Source: Minisyncoccota bacterium (GTDB lineage: Bacteria > Patescibacteriota > Minisyncoccia > Phycocordibacterales > SBAW01). Taken from it: a stretch of 64,000 nt of DNA. Location of the stretch: contig DATKGU010000010.1 of the NCBI GenBank assembly GCA_035510635.1, forward strand, positions 2,149 through 66,148. Reading direction: 5' to 3'. Position 1 is the stretch's first letter, and each line of letters starts with the position of its first letter. Below are positions 1-9,965 of the stretch, one piece after another. The translations under genes were made by a program, and so were the position numbers. A model generated the notes under the pieces. That model saw only the letters and a program-made list of their open reading frames with translations, did not search any database and was not told where the DNA came from.

Positions 1-262
1 GCACGGAATCGCCTGGGGCAAGCGCAGAAAAAGCATTAATATCGGCAACCGTTTTGTAGGCACTAGCAGAACCCCCGCTACAGGTAAAAGCAATCGGGTC
101 ATAGTTGGTACAGTCAGGTGTAGCACTGCCTACATTGGTGTCCGTGATGGATGAGTCGACATAATAGGTCGCCGCAAAAGCGAGCCCGGGCGCAAGAAAA
201 AATAAAATCAACAAAAACGACCCTAGTATTCGTTGTACTCCACCCATTAAGTTAATATCCAT
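1..262 (-). CDS. partial secreted hypothetical protein; the N-terminus with a signal peptide is in the window and the rest runs off the window start
   Basis: ATG at 262 on the minus strand gives MDINLMGGVQRILGSFLLILFFLAPGLAFAATYYVD... with a hydrophobic signal-like segment and no stop before position 1. Confidence 0.35.
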   Translation of the reverse strand, partial: MDINLMGGVQRILGSFLLILFFLAPGLAFAATYYVDSSITDTNVGSATPDCTNYDPIAFTCSGGSASAYKTVADINAFSALAPGDSV

Positions 263-378
263 GTGTGTCTATCTATTTTAGCACTCAATTTGTATTACCA
301 ATTCATTCTAATTAACCAATGAGCAACTTTCTCCCATTTTATCAAAACAATATGAAGAGTCAATGAATTTCCACCTTG

Positions 379-759
379 CTAGGCCATCTTTACATCAATG
401 GTAACTCCTGAAGGGAGCGAGAGGTTTGTGAGAGCCTCTATCACCTTAGGAGACGGGTCGAGGATGTCGATAACGCGCTTGTGTACGCGCATCTCAAACT
501 GCTCGCGCGCATCTTTGTAGATAAACGTCGAGCGGTTAACGGTGTATTTTTTTATTTCTGTCGGGAGAGGTATCGGCCCGGCAATCGTGGCATCATAGCG
601 GAGCGCCGTGTCGAGTATCTGCTTAACGCTCGCATCGAGCACCTTGTGCTCGTAAGCCTTTACCTTGATGCGCAAACGCTGCACCTCGGCCGGAGCCGCG
701 GCCTTTTTGGCGCGCGGCTTTGCCACTTTTTTAACTTTTTCTGTTTCGTTGGTAGCCAT
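379..759 (-). CDS. rpsJ: 30S ribosomal protein S10
   Basis: 126 aa; core [13 protein letters not shown]...[14 protein letters not shown]...[18 protein letters not shown] matches the S10 family; about 25-aa Lys/Ala-rich N-terminal extension. Confidence 0.9.
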   Translation of the reverse strand: MATNETEKVKKVAKPRAKKAAAPAEVQRLRIKVKAYEHKVLDASVKQILDTALRYDATIAGPIPLPTEIKKYTVNRSTFIYKDAREQFEMRVHKRVIDILDPSPKVIEALTNLSLPSGVTIDVKMA

Positions 760-915
760 ATTGTGTGGAGCTAGTTGTTCCCGGCAAGCCGGGATAACCT
801 ATCTCCGATTAGCTTACGCTCTTATAATGTTTTGATTTACGCGATAAAAGCACTTCGTCTTATATAGCCGTCGCTCGTTCGGAAAAGAAAATAAATTTTC
901 TTTTCTCTCACTCTG

Positions 916-2115
916 CTAGGCTATGACCTTCGTGACCACGCCTGCGCCCACTGTCTTGCCGCCCTCGCGAACTGCAAAACGTGTCTGCACCTCGAGTGCC
1001 ACCGGCGCTACGAGCTTAACTTTAAAGGTGACGGTGTCGCCCGGCATAACCATCTCGGTGCCTGCAGCAAGAGTTACCTCGCCGGTCACGTCGGTTGTGC
1101 GGACATAGAACTGAGGCTTATAGCCAGAGAAGAACGGCGTGTGACGGCCACCCTCGTCTTTGGTAAGGATATATACCTCGCCCTCAAAGTCGGTGTGCGG
1201 CGTTACGGAGCCCGGCTTCGCAAGCACTTGGCCGCGGTGGATGTCTTCCTTTTTAGTACCGCGCAAGAGTACGCCTGCGTTGTCGCCAGCTTGGCCAGAG
1301 TCGAGCTGCTTGTTAAACATTTCGATACCGGTGATGGTTGTTTTGCTTGTTGGTTCGAGACCGACGATTTCGCACTCGTCGCCTACTTTCACCACACCGC
1401 GCTCAATGCGGCCCGTAACCACGGTGCCGCGACCTTCAATAGAGAAGATGTCTTCAATCGGCATGAGGAACGGCTTGTCGAGCTCGCGAGTCGGCATCGG
1501 GATATAGGTGTCGAGCGTGTTGACGAGCTCAAGCACTTTTTGCGACCACTCATTGTTGAGGTCGTTGCTCTCCAAGGCCTTCAAGCCCGAGCCGCGGATG
1601 ATAGGCGTGTTTACACCATCAAAACCCTGCTTGGTGAGGAGCTCGCGCACCTCTTCTTCGACGAGGTCGATGAGGTCTTTGTCATCTACCATATCGCACT
1701 TGTTGAGAAATACGATGATTTTCGGCACGCCCACTTGCTTGGCAAGGAGGATGTGCTCGCGTGTTTGCGGCATCACGCCGTCGGTTGCGGCAACCACGAG
1801 GATTGCGCCGTCCATTTGAGCGGCACCGGTAATCATGTTCTTGATGTAGTCGGCGTGGCCCGGCGCGTCGATGTGCGCGTAGTGGCGGTTAGGAGTCTCG
1901 TACTCCGAGTGGTGGAGCGCGATGGTAATGCCGCGTGCTTTTTCCTCCGGAGCTGAGTCGATTTTGTCGACGTTCTCGACGCGAGCGCCATAGCCCTGCG
2001 CTTTTGCCATGTCGAGCGTGTGGAGGATCGCCGCGGTGAGCGTCGTTTTGCCGTGGTCAACGTGGCCGATGGTGCCTACGTTAAGGTGCGGTTTCTGCCT
2101 ATCAAAGTTTGCCAT
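916..2115 (-). CDS. tuf: translation elongation factor Tu
   Basis: 399 aa; [18 protein letters not shown] and NKCD GTPase motifs; full-length EF-Tu. Confidence 0.97.
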   Translation of the reverse strand: MANFDRQKPHLNVGTIGHVDHGKTTLTAAILHTLDMAKAQGYGARVENVDKIDSAPEEKARGITIALHHSEYETPNRHYAHIDAPGHADYIKNMITGAAQMDGAILVVAATDGVMPQTREHILLAKQVGVPKIIVFLNKCDMVDDKDLIDLVEEEVRELLTKQGFDGVNTPIIRGSGLKALESNDLNNEWSQKVLELVNTLDTYIPMPTRELDKPFLMPIEDIFSIEGRGTVVTGRIERGVVKVGDECEIVGLEPTSKTTITGIEMFNKQLDSGQAGDNAGVLLRGTKKEDIHRGQVLAKPGSVTPHTDFEGEVYILTKDEGGRHTPFFSGYKPQFYVRTTDVTGEVTLAAGTEMVMPGDTVTFKVKLVAPVALEVQTRFAVREGGKTVGAGVVTKVIA

Positions 2116-2250
2116 AATACTTAATGTATCTAACTAATAATAATTTCTAAGCCCTGTTTGATAAAACTCAAGCACAGGAAAGCACGCTCTATTGCGTTGT
2201 ATAGAATATATAGGACTAGGCAAAAAAGCGCAACCCCCTAAAGCCCCCGC

Positions 2251-4404
2251 CTACTTCCTCGCAGCAACGATGGTGGCGGCGACGTTGGGCGGCACTATCT
2301 CGTAGTGGTCAAACTCCATGGTAAAACTTGCGCGGCCTTCGGTCATCGAGCGGAGCGCCGTGGTGTAGCCAAACATTTCCGAGAGCGGCACCTTGGCCTT
2401 GATGGCACGTGCGAGGCCACGCTCTTCCATACCCTCTATCTGTCCGCGTTTGCCGGAGAGGCTGCCCGTGATTTCACCCATGAACTGCTCGGGCACTACC
2501 ACCTCGACGCGCATGATCGGCTCGAGGAGCACGGGGCGTGCTGCTTTTGCCGCATCCTGGAAGCCCATCGACGCGGCGATTTTAAAGGCAATTTCGGAAG
2601 AGTCGACATCGTGGTACGAACCGTCGTACAGCTCGCAGGAGATGTCGACCATTTTAAAGCCGGCGACAATGCCGCGCTCCATGGCCTCGCGCACGCCCTT
2701 CTCCACTGGGCCGATAAACTCTTGCGGAACAACGCCGCCTTTGATGTTGTTGATAAACTCAAAGTGGTCTTCGCGTGTAGTGTTTTTAGAAATCTTCTTG
2801 TCGGGGTTGACCGGCTCGAGCGGTTTGAGGCGCAACTTAACATGGCCGTACTGGCCCTTGCCGCCGGTTTGCTTGATGTATTTACCCTCGGCCTCGGCTT
2901 CTTGCGTGATGGTCTCGCGGTAAGCCACTTGCGGTTTGCCTACATTTGCCTCGACGCCAAACTCGCGCTTCATGCGGTCAACTAAAATTTCGAGGTGGAG
3001 CTCGCCCATGCCTGAGATAAGGGTCTCCAATGTTTCGGCATCGGTCGAGACCTTAAAGGTTGGGTCCTCGTCGGCGAGTTTTTTCATCGCCATGCCCATC
3101 TTCTCTTGGTCGGCTTTTGTCTTGGGCTCGATGCGCAACTGGATAACCGGCTCGGGGAACTTGATTTGCTCAAGTTGTATCGGGTTGGCCTCATCGCACA
3201 GCGTGTGCGAGGTGCGCGTGTCTTTAAGGCCTACGGCTGCGGCAATTTCGCCGGCAAAAACTTTTTTAACTTCTTCGCGCTCATTGGCTTGGAGCCGGAC
3301 GATGCGGCCGAGGCGCTCTTTGGAGCCAGTGGTTGAGTTGTAAAGGTAAGAACCTGCTTCAATAGTGCCCGAGTAGACACGGAAGAAGGTAAGCTGGCCC
3401 ACAAACGGGTCGGCTTGGAGTTTAAACGCGAGCGCGCAAAACGGCTCTTCGTCGCTTGCGTGGCGTACAACCTCCTCGCCTGTTTTAGGATTGATGCCTT
3501 TAACCGGCGGCATGTCGAGCGGGCTTGGCAGATACTCGACAACGGCGTCGAGCACCAGCTGTACGCCCTTATTTTTGAGCGCAGAACCGCAATACACGGG
3601 GAAGATTTTGTTGTCGATAACCGCACGGCGGAGCGTGGCCTGCAAATTTTCCAAGCTCGGCTCTTTGCCGTCGAGATACTCGGTCATGAGCGTCTCATCG
3701 TGCTCGACAATTTTTTCGACAAGCTCGGCGCGATATTTTTTGGCCTCCTCAAGCAGATTAGCCGGGACTTCGTACTCAACCACGTGGTCGCCCATGTTGC
3801 CTTCAAATTTGTACGCCTTGAGCGTAAGCAAATCGACAACACCCTCAAACTTATCCTCGGCGCCAATCGGTATCTGCATGCGCACGGCATATTTGGTGAG
3901 ACGGTCTAAAATCGATTGATACGATTTTTCAAAGTTGGCACCGGTGCGGTCGAGCTTGTTGATAAAACATACGCGCGGCACGTTGGCCTCGTCGGCATAG
4001 CGCCAGTTGGTCTCGGATTGCGGCTCAACGCCGGCGACACCATCAAACACCACCACCGCACCGTCGAGCACACGCATCGAGCGCTTAACCTCTACGGTAA
4101 AGTCGATGTGCCCCGGCGTGTCGATGATATTGAAACGATATTTTTTAGACGGATCTTTTTTATCGAGCTCGGCTGTCTTGCTCCAAAAGCAGGTGATAGC
4201 CGCCGCGGTAATCGTGATGCCACGCTCGCGCTCTTGCTCCATCCAGTCGGTGGTTGTCTCGCCCTCGTGCACCTCGCCGATTTTGTGCTGCGAGCCGGTG
4301 TAATACAGTACGCGCTCGCTGGTGGTGGTTTTGCCCGCGTCGATGTGCGCGATGATACCGAAGTTGCGAACCTTCTCCAATGGATAGTCTCGTTTTATTG
4401 GCAT
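2251..4404 (-). CDS. fusA: translation elongation factor G
   Basis: ORF runs to 4467, but an EF-G-like N-terminus [28 protein letters not shown] begins at the internal ATG at 4404; all five EF-G domains present. Confidence 0.95.
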   Translation of the reverse strand: MPIKRDYPLEKVRNFGIIAHIDAGKTTTSERVLYYTGSQHKIGEVHEGETTTDWMEQERERGITITAAAITCFWSKTAELDKKDPSKKYRFNIIDTPGHIDFTVEVKRSMRVLDGAVVVFDGVAGVEPQSETNWRYADEANVPRVCFINKLDRTGANFEKSYQSILDRLTKYAVRMQIPIGAEDKFEGVVDLLTLKAYKFEGNMGDHVVEYEVPANLLEEAKKYRAELVEKIVEHDETLMTEYLDGKEPSLENLQATLRRAVIDNKIFPVYCGSALKNKGVQLVLDAVVEYLPSPLDMPPVKGINPKTGEEVVRHASDEEPFCALAFKLQADPFVGQLTFFRVYSGTIEAGSYLYNSTTGSKERLGRIVRLQANEREEVKKVFAGEIAAAVGLKDTRTSHTLCDEANPIQLEQIKFPEPVIQLRIEPKTKADQEKMGMAMKKLADEDPTFKVSTDAETLETLISGMGELHLEILVDRMKREFGVEANVGKPQVAYRETITQEAEAEGKYIKQTGGKGQYGHVKLRLKPLEPVNPDKKISKNTTREDHFEFINNIKGGVVPQEFIGPVEKGVREAMERGIVAGFKMVDISCELYDGSYHDVDSSEIAFKIAASMGFQDAAKAARPVLLEPIMRVEVVVPEQFMGEITGSLSGKRGQIEGMEERGLARAIKAKVPLSEMFGYTTALRSMTEGRASFTMEFDHYEIVPPNVAATIVAARK

Positions 4405-4462
4405 AGATAAATTAAAAAGCCCCTCGGGCGTTAGTGGCCAGCATACCCCAAATTGCAAAAAA

Positions 4463-4501
4463 TGCAAAAAAGAAAAATCCCCGCCAAAGTTGTTGGCAGG
4501 G
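4463..4501 (-). terminator. rho-independent terminator, minus strand; hairpin CCCTGCCAA-N5-TTGGCGGGG then AUUUUUCUUUUUU
   Basis: GC stem at 4479-4501 plus an A-run on the plus strand at 4465-4477; sits between the small ORF at 4513-4725 and the fusA start. Confidence 0.6.
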
Positions 4502-4512
4502 TTGATGCTACG

Positions 4513-4725
4513 CTAGACGCTTTTATATTGAGGTCGACGAGGTTCGAGCGACTTCCCAAAATCAACAAAGCTCGCATGAGCTGTAGCTGATTTTCTCCAA
4601 GCCTCCTCAATACGCAAGAGTTCATCCTCCGAAACGCGACTCCCATCTGGTTCAAAGTAGCGATGTTTAAAGTTGTCCGGCGTCTCTTCATACGAAGGAG
4701 GCCAAACATGGGGTATGTCCAACAT
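4513..4725 (-). CDS. hypothetical 70-aa protein
   Basis: ATG preceded by GGGAGG with a 5-nt spacer; followed by its own terminator; no recognisable motif. Confidence 0.45.
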   Translation of the reverse strand: MLDIPHVWPPSYEETPDNFKHRYFEPDGSRVSEDELLRIEEAWRKSATAHASFVDFGKSLEPRRPQYKSV

Positions 4726-4782
4726 GCGGCCCTCCCAAGAACTTTGCCGCTATATATAACACTCTTCAAACAAAAATAGTAG

Positions 4783-4815
4783 CCAATAAAAAACGCGGCC
4801 CCTGAGGGTCGCGTT
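4783..4815 (-). terminator. rho-independent terminator, minus strand
   Basis: AACGCGGCCC-CTGA-GGGTCGCGTT stem followed on the minus strand by UUUUUUAUU, just downstream of the stop of the 4835-5527 gene. Confidence 0.65.
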
Positions 4816-4834
4816 GGCATCTTGCACTGGCGCG

Positions 4835-5527
4835 TTACAGGCCGAGATATTGCGGCTTGATAACCGCCTCGATATCAACGACTTTTATTCGTAGTTGGGC
4901 TTCCTTTACATACGCGGCGAAATACGCCTCTTTATCGTTGTCGTGCCTGGCTTGGTTGAGTTGGGCGCTCACAACAAGCATGTCGCGTATGGCGTCCGCA
5001 TATCCATCCCAATCTTTTTGACAGGCGGTATATGCGTCCCCCACCAAAGTACTGCAGAAGTTGTTGCGGACAGCAAGCGCCTGCGTCTGCTCTCTAAGAT
5101 AACCCTCTGCAAAACTTGAAGCGGTTCCATTGCGCACCGAGGACCATTCGGTCGAGAAATAATTTTTATTCCACGTTTCATTGGACAGCTCGCGATATTT
5201 GACTACCAGCTGCACATACTGGCGCTTCAACTCCCACCCCTTGGGTTTGTCGCCTGCGATATAGGCTTCCTGCCATTTGTCGAGTACCGTGGCGGTTTCC
5301 ATCGAGATATCGGTTAGATCCTGATATAGCGCCCGACACCCCAAAATTTGAGGCGCCGATACGCGGTCACATGCCGCGCGGGTAAACGCCTCTGATGCGG
5401 CAATCTTGCGAAACGCTGCCGCCTCCTTTTGCATAAAGGTATCTTCCGCCCGCGCTGCTGACAGCGGCATAAGGGCCAACATGGCTCCGATGACTGCGAG
5501 GCCGATAACGTGCTTGGCATTAAACAT
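4835..5527 (-). CDS. secreted hypothetical protein, 230 aa, with signal peptide; possibly a Cys-containing DUF1311/LprI-like fold (weak call)
   Basis: N-terminal MFNAKHVIGLAVIGAMLALMPLSAARA; conserved Cys spacing and a QEAYIAGD segment are loosely reminiscent of LprI-type proteins. Confidence 0.55.
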   Translation of the reverse strand: MFNAKHVIGLAVIGAMLALMPLSAARAEDTFMQKEAAAFRKIAASEAFTRAACDRVSAPQILGCRALYQDLTDISMETATVLDKWQEAYIAGDKPKGWELKRQYVQLVVKYRELSNETWNKNYFSTEWSSVRNGTASSFAEGYLREQTQALAVRNNFCSTLVGDAYTACQKDWDGYADAIRDMLVVSAQLNQARHDNDKEAYFAAYVKEAQLRIKVVDIEAVIKPQYLGL

Positions 5528-5656
5528 GGCAGGCTCCCTCGGTTTTTGCGCGAATTGCGCTTTACATCCGCAACAGATATATCACACAAAATTAGGAGAT
5601 GCAATAAAAAAGCCGGCCGCTTATGGCGACCGGTACATATTGCCGACGTTGTTGCC

Positions 5657-6043
5657 CTATTCGGAATCCACACAAGGACCATCGTAGAGGAAACCCCCGT
5701 CGGGACCGAAACAAGCGAGCTCGGAACCGTCGCAAGGACCATAGTGGAGCAAGGCGCCGGTGTGAGAGCTCGTACAAGTCATCACTGGCGGTTGGATAAT
5801 GACTCCGCCGCCGTAGAAGCCGCCACCACCATAGCGCGGGCCGCCGCCGAAGAAGCGCGGGCCGGGATGGAACTGCGGCGCAAAGCCGGGATGGAACTGC
5901 ATCGGCGGGCGGATAAATCCGCCACGTTGCCACGCCGAGGCCGGCGAGGCGAGCGTCATCGCAGCCGCCATAGCGGCGATGCCAAACCAAAGAACTTTCT
6001 TCATTGAGCCCTCCTCGGCCCTATGCGTGGGGAATCCACGCAA
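5657..6043 (-). CDS. small secreted Gly/Pro-rich protein with a Cys-containing C-terminal repeat
   Basis: Signal peptide MKKVLWFGIAAMAAAMTLASPASA; repeats PQFHPG and GGGFYGGG; C-terminal YGPCDGSE / YDGPCVDSE repeat. Confidence 0.55.
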   Translation of the reverse strand: MRGFPTHRAEEGSMKKVLWFGIAAMAAAMTLASPASAWQRGGFIRPPMQFHPGFAPQFHPGPRFFGGGPRYGGGGFYGGGVIIQPPVMTCTSSHTGALLHYGPCDGSELACFGPDGGFLYDGPCVDSE

Positions 6044-6177
6044 TCATGTCCGACTATAGAACACTTTTATAAAAATGAAAAGAGGAGATGTAAACCTGTT
6101 TACCAACCATTGCACGGCCCTCCCCCATCTTGTAGAGTGTGGGCGGATGAAAATTGAACAAACCTCGGAGAAAAGCC

Positions 6178-6705
6178 ATGCGCGTTTTTCAGTTCGACGA
6201 CCTGCAAGACCCGGAATTTCGGGAATATCACTTTGATAGCGAGATCGGTGACTTAGACATCGAGAAATTCGACCGAGTAAGCAGGAAGGTTATCGTTGCG
6301 TTGCAACGGTTACATTTTTCGACCCTGGCTAGATTGCATGTGGTCGCTGCGGTTGCTGTTTCTGTAGCGACACAAACTGGCCCTTATTACTTCACGGGCA
6401 ACAGCTTATACAGCGTCAACGCTGAACCGGGCATGCTTCTGATGGGAAACAATCATGTCACCCTCTGGCTAATCGACCCAGCGAGTCAAAAAGGGAAATA
6501 TCGCGTCACTGACCTTTTCCACGATAAAACGATTCCCTTGTGCGAAGGAGGAAATGGGGGGCTGTTCGGAAAAATGGCAGAAGAACGCCTCGAGGCAGGA
6601 ATGCGATATATCGTTAGAGAAAAAAGAAAGAAACTTACAACCGCCTTGGCTGAAGCAACGACACTTCAAGCCGAGATAGAGTCTTTAACGAGTGAGGCCA
6701 TATAA
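6178..6705 (+). CDS. hypothetical protein, about 175 aa (an alternative ATG at 6154 is possible)
   Basis: GGAG 7 nt upstream of the ATG at 6178; opposite strand to the flanking ribosomal genes; no recognisable motif. Confidence 0.5.
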   Translation: MRVFQFDDLQDPEFREYHFDSEIGDLDIEKFDRVSRKVIVALQRLHFSTLARLHVVAAVAVSVATQTGPYYFTGNSLYSVNAEPGMLLMGNNHVTLWLIDPASQKGKYRVTDLFHDKTIPLCEGGNGGLFGKMAEERLEAGMRYIVREKRKKLTTALAEATTLQAEIESLTSEAI

Positions 6706-6724
6706 AACCTGCTGGCCCGATCAC

Positions 6725-6768
6725 ACAAAACGCCCCGCAAACTTGCGAGGCGTTTTTTATTTTTTGAT
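6725..6768. terminator. bidirectional rho-independent terminator between the convergent 6178-6705 (+) and rpsG (-) genes
   Basis: CGCCCCGCAA-AC-TTGCGAGGCG hairpin at 6731-6752 followed by TTTTTTATTTTTT on the plus strand and by an A-run-derived U-tract on the minus strand. Confidence 0.7.
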
Positions 6769-6809
6769 TTTAATCCTCCGACTTCGCTCAGGATAATTTG
6801 CTTCGCAAA

Positions 6810-7280
6810 TTACCAAGCAAAGTGGGCAAAGGCTTTGTTGGCCTCGGCCATCTTGAGCGTGTCGTCGCGCTTTTTTATTGCAGGACCCTCGTTGTTAGAT
6901 GCGGCAATGAGCTCGGTCGCGAGTTTTTGCGCCATCGGCTTGCCTTTGGCACCGCGAGCGGCGCCGAGTATCCAGCGAAACGCCAATGCTTGCTTGCGCT
7001 CGGGGCGCACCTCGCGCGGCACTTGGTAGTTGGCACCGCCTACGCGGCGCGAGCGTATCTCCATGGCAGGTCCGACATTGCGGATTGCGGTTTCAAAAAG
7101 CTCAACCGGATTCTCGGTTTTTGTTTTTTCTTTGATGAGGTCAAACGCATCGTACACCACCTTGCGTGCGGTGCTCTTTTTGCCGTCCCACATGACCGAG
7201 TTTATAAACTTCTCCACGCGGAGAGAATTATATTTGAGGTCTGCACCCGGGATATTACGATTTTTAACTGGTCGACGCAT
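6810..7280 (-). CDS. rpsG: 30S ribosomal protein S7
   Basis: 156 aa; MRRPVKNRN...VMWDGKKSTARKVVYDAFDLI...AFRWI matches the S7 family. Confidence 0.95.
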   Translation of the reverse strand: MRRPVKNRNIPGADLKYNSLRVEKFINSVMWDGKKSTARKVVYDAFDLIKEKTKTENPVELFETAIRNVGPAMEIRSRRVGGANYQVPREVRPERKQALAFRWILGAARGAKGKPMAQKLATELIAASNNEGPAIKKRDDTLKMAEANKAFAHFAW

Positions 7281-7324
7281 GTTAGTTAGGGTATAGGGTT
7301 TAGTGGCTAGGGACTAGTGGCTAA

Positions 7325-7753
7325 TTACTTCTTTTTGGGAGCGGCACCCGAGCTTGCTTTAACGCCGTAGCGCGAGCGCGACACATTGCGCTTCTCGACA
7401 CCGGTGGCATCGAGCTTACCGCGCACGATTTGGTAACGTACGTTGATGTCTTTTACGCGGCCTGCACGGACAAGCACCACCGAGTGCTCCTGGAGATTGT
7501 GACCTTCGCCGGGGATGTAGGCGGTGATTTCCATGCCGTTGGTGAGGCGCACGCGGGCGATTTTGCGGATAGCGGAGTTTGGTTTGCGGGGAGTTTTGGT
7601 AGTCACTTTGGTGCATACGCCGCGTTTAAAAGGCGACGGATAAAACACCGGGTGGTTTTTGAGCAGGTTAAAACCGCGGGCAAGCGCCGGCGATTTTGTT
7701 TTGCTCTTCATTTGAGTGCGTCCTTTGCGGACGAGCTGTGATATGCGTGCCAT
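7325..7753 (-). CDS. rpsL: 30S ribosomal protein S12
   Basis: ORF runs to 7789 but the S12-like start [12 protein letters not shown] is at the internal ATG at 7753; ...[17 protein letters not shown]...[21 protein letters not shown]; C-terminal Lys-rich tail. Confidence 0.95.
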   Translation of the reverse strand: MARISQLVRKGRTQMKSKTKSPALARGFNLLKNHPVFYPSPFKRGVCTKVTTKTPRKPNSAIRKIARVRLTNGMEITAYIPGEGHNLQEHSVVLVRAGRVKDINVRYQIVRGKLDATGVEKRNVSRSRYGVKASSGAAPKKK

Positions 7754-7795
7754 CTGTAAATTAAAACGCCCCAAAGGCGTTGGACACACTCTACT

Positions 7796-8434
7796 CTATA
7801 GCGGTACGCCTGTCAAAAGTTGGAAAAGCCCGCTCAAGATAATGCTGAAGAAAGGCGCAAGCACGTAGTAAAACACAATCATAATAAGGAGTGTGTTGGT
7901 GAGCACACCCATACGCTCCATACTCATGCGGAGCGCGTCGTAGCTCCTCCCTGCCGCGCCCGGAAGCAATGCCGCAAGCACGCGCGAGCCGTCCAAGGGC
8001 GGTATCGGTATCAAGTTAAAGAGCGCAAGCAACATGTTGATGTACACAATCATCGTAAACGCGTCGATGAGCGGAGTCTCCGGCCCGCCGATAAAACGGA
8101 TGGCCAAGCCAAAGACAAGTGCAAGGAGGATGTTGGTGCCCAGCCCCGCAAACGCGGTGAGTGCTTCGTCATACTTCCCTGTTAAATAATGCGGATTGAT
8201 GGGCACCGGCTTGGCGTATCCGATGAGCAATGGAAAGTGCGTCAGGCTCTGCGTAAAAAGGAGGAAGCCCGGCAAGAGTATCGACCCTATGGGGTCGATG
8301 TGGACAAGCGGGTTGAGTGTGAGCCTGCCCGCGAGGCGCGCAGTTGGGTCGCCAAGATAGTTGGCCATGTAGCCGTGAGCCACCTCGTGGAGGATGATAG
8401 AAACTATAAGGATAACGAGTGAGAGTACGAGCAT
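7796..8434 (-). CDS. site-2 protease / peptidase M50 family membrane metalloprotease
   Basis: HEVAHGY (HExxH) within the first TM helix and several further TM segments; the ORF runs to 8524, but a start at the internal ATG at 8434 avoids overlapping the divergent rpmB. Confidence 0.75.
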   Translation of the reverse strand: MLVLSLVILIVSIILHEVAHGYMANYLGDPTARLAGRLTLNPLVHIDPIGSILLPGFLLFTQSLTHFPLLIGYAKPVPINPHYLTGKYDEALTAFAGLGTNILLALVFGLAIRFIGGPETPLIDAFTMIVYINMLLALFNLIPIPPLDGSRVLAALLPGAAGRSYDALRMSMERMGVLTNTLLIMIVFYYVLAPFFSIILSGLFQLLTGVPL

Positions 8435-8487
8435 ATGGTTGCGAAGCTTACAAAGTATGGTACCATAGGCGAGCACTAAAAAACGAT

Positions 8488-8730
8488 ATGGCAAAAGTTT
8501 GCGACATAACAGGAAAGGGCTCAAAAGTTGCTGGCGGATACAGCAACCGCATCCGCGCGACCAAATTTAACCCCACCGGCAAGGTGCGCAAACAGCCCAA
8601 CCTCCAAAAAAAGCGCATTTTTGTGCCGGAAATCAATAAAACGCTCACGCTCACGATATCTACAGAGGCGCTCCGCACGATTGCTAAAAACGGCGCCTAC
8701 AAAACGCTCAAAAAAGCCGGTTTGATTTAG
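8488..8730 (+). CDS. rpmB: 50S ribosomal protein L28
   Basis: MAKVCDITGKGSKVAGGYSNRIRATKFNPTGK... is an L28 signature; the ORF-track N-extension begins at a GTG and is unlikely to be real. Confidence 0.85.
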   Translation: MAKVCDITGKGSKVAGGYSNRIRATKFNPTGKVRKQPNLQKKRIFVPEINKTLTLTISTEALRTIAKNGAYKTLKKAGLI

Positions 8731-8765
8731 TTTTTAAACTTTAAACTACAGAATAGAAAAAGGGC

Positions 8766-8805
8766 GCGGTCAGCCGAAGCTGTCCGCGCCCTCTGATTTT
8801 GTCAC
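8766..8805. terminator. bidirectional terminator between rpmB (+) and the 8802-9212 gene (-)
   Basis: GGGCGCGG-N14-CCGCGCCC stem flanked by an A-run and a T-rich tract. Confidence 0.6.
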
Positions 8806-9212
8806 CCCTCGCCGTTAGGCGGGAGCGAGGCATAGCGGACCTTGCCGCTTTGCCGCCCGCCGAACCTTTGCCGCAAGGCATCAGCCAACGGGCTGGAGGC
8901 CTGTTGGTCGTCGGTGGTGAACTCGACGATGCCGCCGTAAGGCGACGTCGACACTTGTCGTGACAGCGGCACCGACCGCGCTTCGGACGAGAAAGCAAAC
9001 CCCCTCGCCTGTTGCTCCTGTGTCCAGTCCGCCAACGACTGCATCGGTTTGACGCTCGGTTCGCCCATCACGAGCGCGCCGTGGTCGCTCTTGAGCGTGG
9101 CGTAGATAGTTTTCACGCCGCACACCGCGAACACAACCGCAACGGCGGCGATAAGGCATCCGACCGCCGCTCCCGCTTGGAGGATTGCGCCGTGACGATA
9201 TGTGCTTCTCAT
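8802..9212 (-). CDS. hypothetical membrane-anchored protein, 136 aa
   Basis: Strong RBS GGGAGG 5 nt upstream of the ATG; N-terminal TM helix AILQAGAAVGCLIAAVAVVFAV; the overlapping ORFs 8741-8998 and 8881-9378 look spurious. Confidence 0.55.
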   Translation of the reverse strand: MRSTYRHGAILQAGAAVGCLIAAVAVVFAVCGVKTIYATLKSDHGALVMGEPSVKPMQSLADWTQEQQARGFAFSSEARSVPLSRQVSTSPYGGIVEFTTDDQQASSPLADALRQRFGGRQSGKVRYASLPPNGEG

Positions 9213-9365
9213 GTTCCCCTCCCTGTTGGGGGTTGTTATTCAAAAGCCCACCATGGGCCGATACATCTGTCAAGAATGATAACATGCGCCAAATAGTTGT
9301 CAAGTGGTTATTTTTGAGCTGGGGATAACAGTCAAAAACACCCCATTTGCTATACTTACTGCTAT

Positions 9366-9965
9366 ATGGATTACACAATCAAAAAGTTTGAGTTGCCGGA
9401 GCTCGTCGGCATCTCCAAAGAGAGCGTCGCGCAGCACATTGGTCTCTACGAGGCCTATGTAAAAAACTTTAATGCGGTAAGTGCCGCCATTGAAGAGCTC
9501 CTTAAAGACCCGGAGAAGAACGTGCTTGCTATTGCCGAGCTGCGCCGCCGGCACTCGTTTGAGTTTGATGGGATGAAGCTCCACGAACTTTATTTCTCGC
9601 AATTTGAGGGCGGCCCGCATGAACTCGATGAAAGCCGTCCGCTTGCCAAAGAACTCACCAAACATTGGGGCAGCATCGACGCAACAGTTGCGCGCATGCG
9701 CCAAACGGCTGCAATGCGGGGCCCCGGATGGTCTATTTTGTATTACAACCCGGAGACGCACATGTTCCACATGGGGTTTGTGGGCGAGCAACACCAAGGA
9801 CACTTTGCAACGCTCCCTATTATTGCAGCGCTCGATGTGTGGGAGCATGCGTTTTTGCTCGACTATGGTGCATCCGGCAAAGCCAAATACGTTGACGCGT
9901 TTTTCAAAAATATTAATTGGAGCGTATGCGAGGAGCGTTTTGTCGCAGCCGCTGCTACTTTGTAG
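9366..9965 (+). CDS. Fe/Mn superoxide dismutase
   Basis: 199 aa; ...LDVWEHAFLLDYG... and His-rich N-terminal helices typical of Fe/Mn SOD. Confidence 0.9.
   Translation: MDYTIKKFELPELVGISKESVAQHIGLYEAYVKNFNAVSAAIEELLKDPEKNVLAIAELRRRHSFEFDGMKLHELYFSQFEGGPHELDESRPLAKELTKHWGSIDATVARMRQTAAMRGPGWSILYYNPETHMFHMGFVGEQHQGHFATLPIIAALDVWEHAFLLDYGASGKAKYVDAFFKNINWSVCEERFVAAAATL

Noticed and set aside
1141-1956. Long ORFs antisense to or overlapping tuf (923-1108, 1141-1956, 1160-1507, 1508-1819, 1833-2060)
   Set aside because: They lie entirely inside the highly conserved EF-Tu gene in other frames. They have biased composition and no RBS or motifs. These are typical spurious ORFs in GC-rich coding DNA.
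2305-4410. Multiple 100-230-aa ORFs overlapping fusA on both strands
   Set aside because: All are shadow frames of EF-G, which is complete and collinear with orthologues.
4431-4820. 129-aa ORF on the minus strand upstream of fusA
   Set aside because: It spans a terminator hairpin and overlaps the better-supported 70-aa ORF (GGGAGG RBS) in another frame. It has no RBS of its own.
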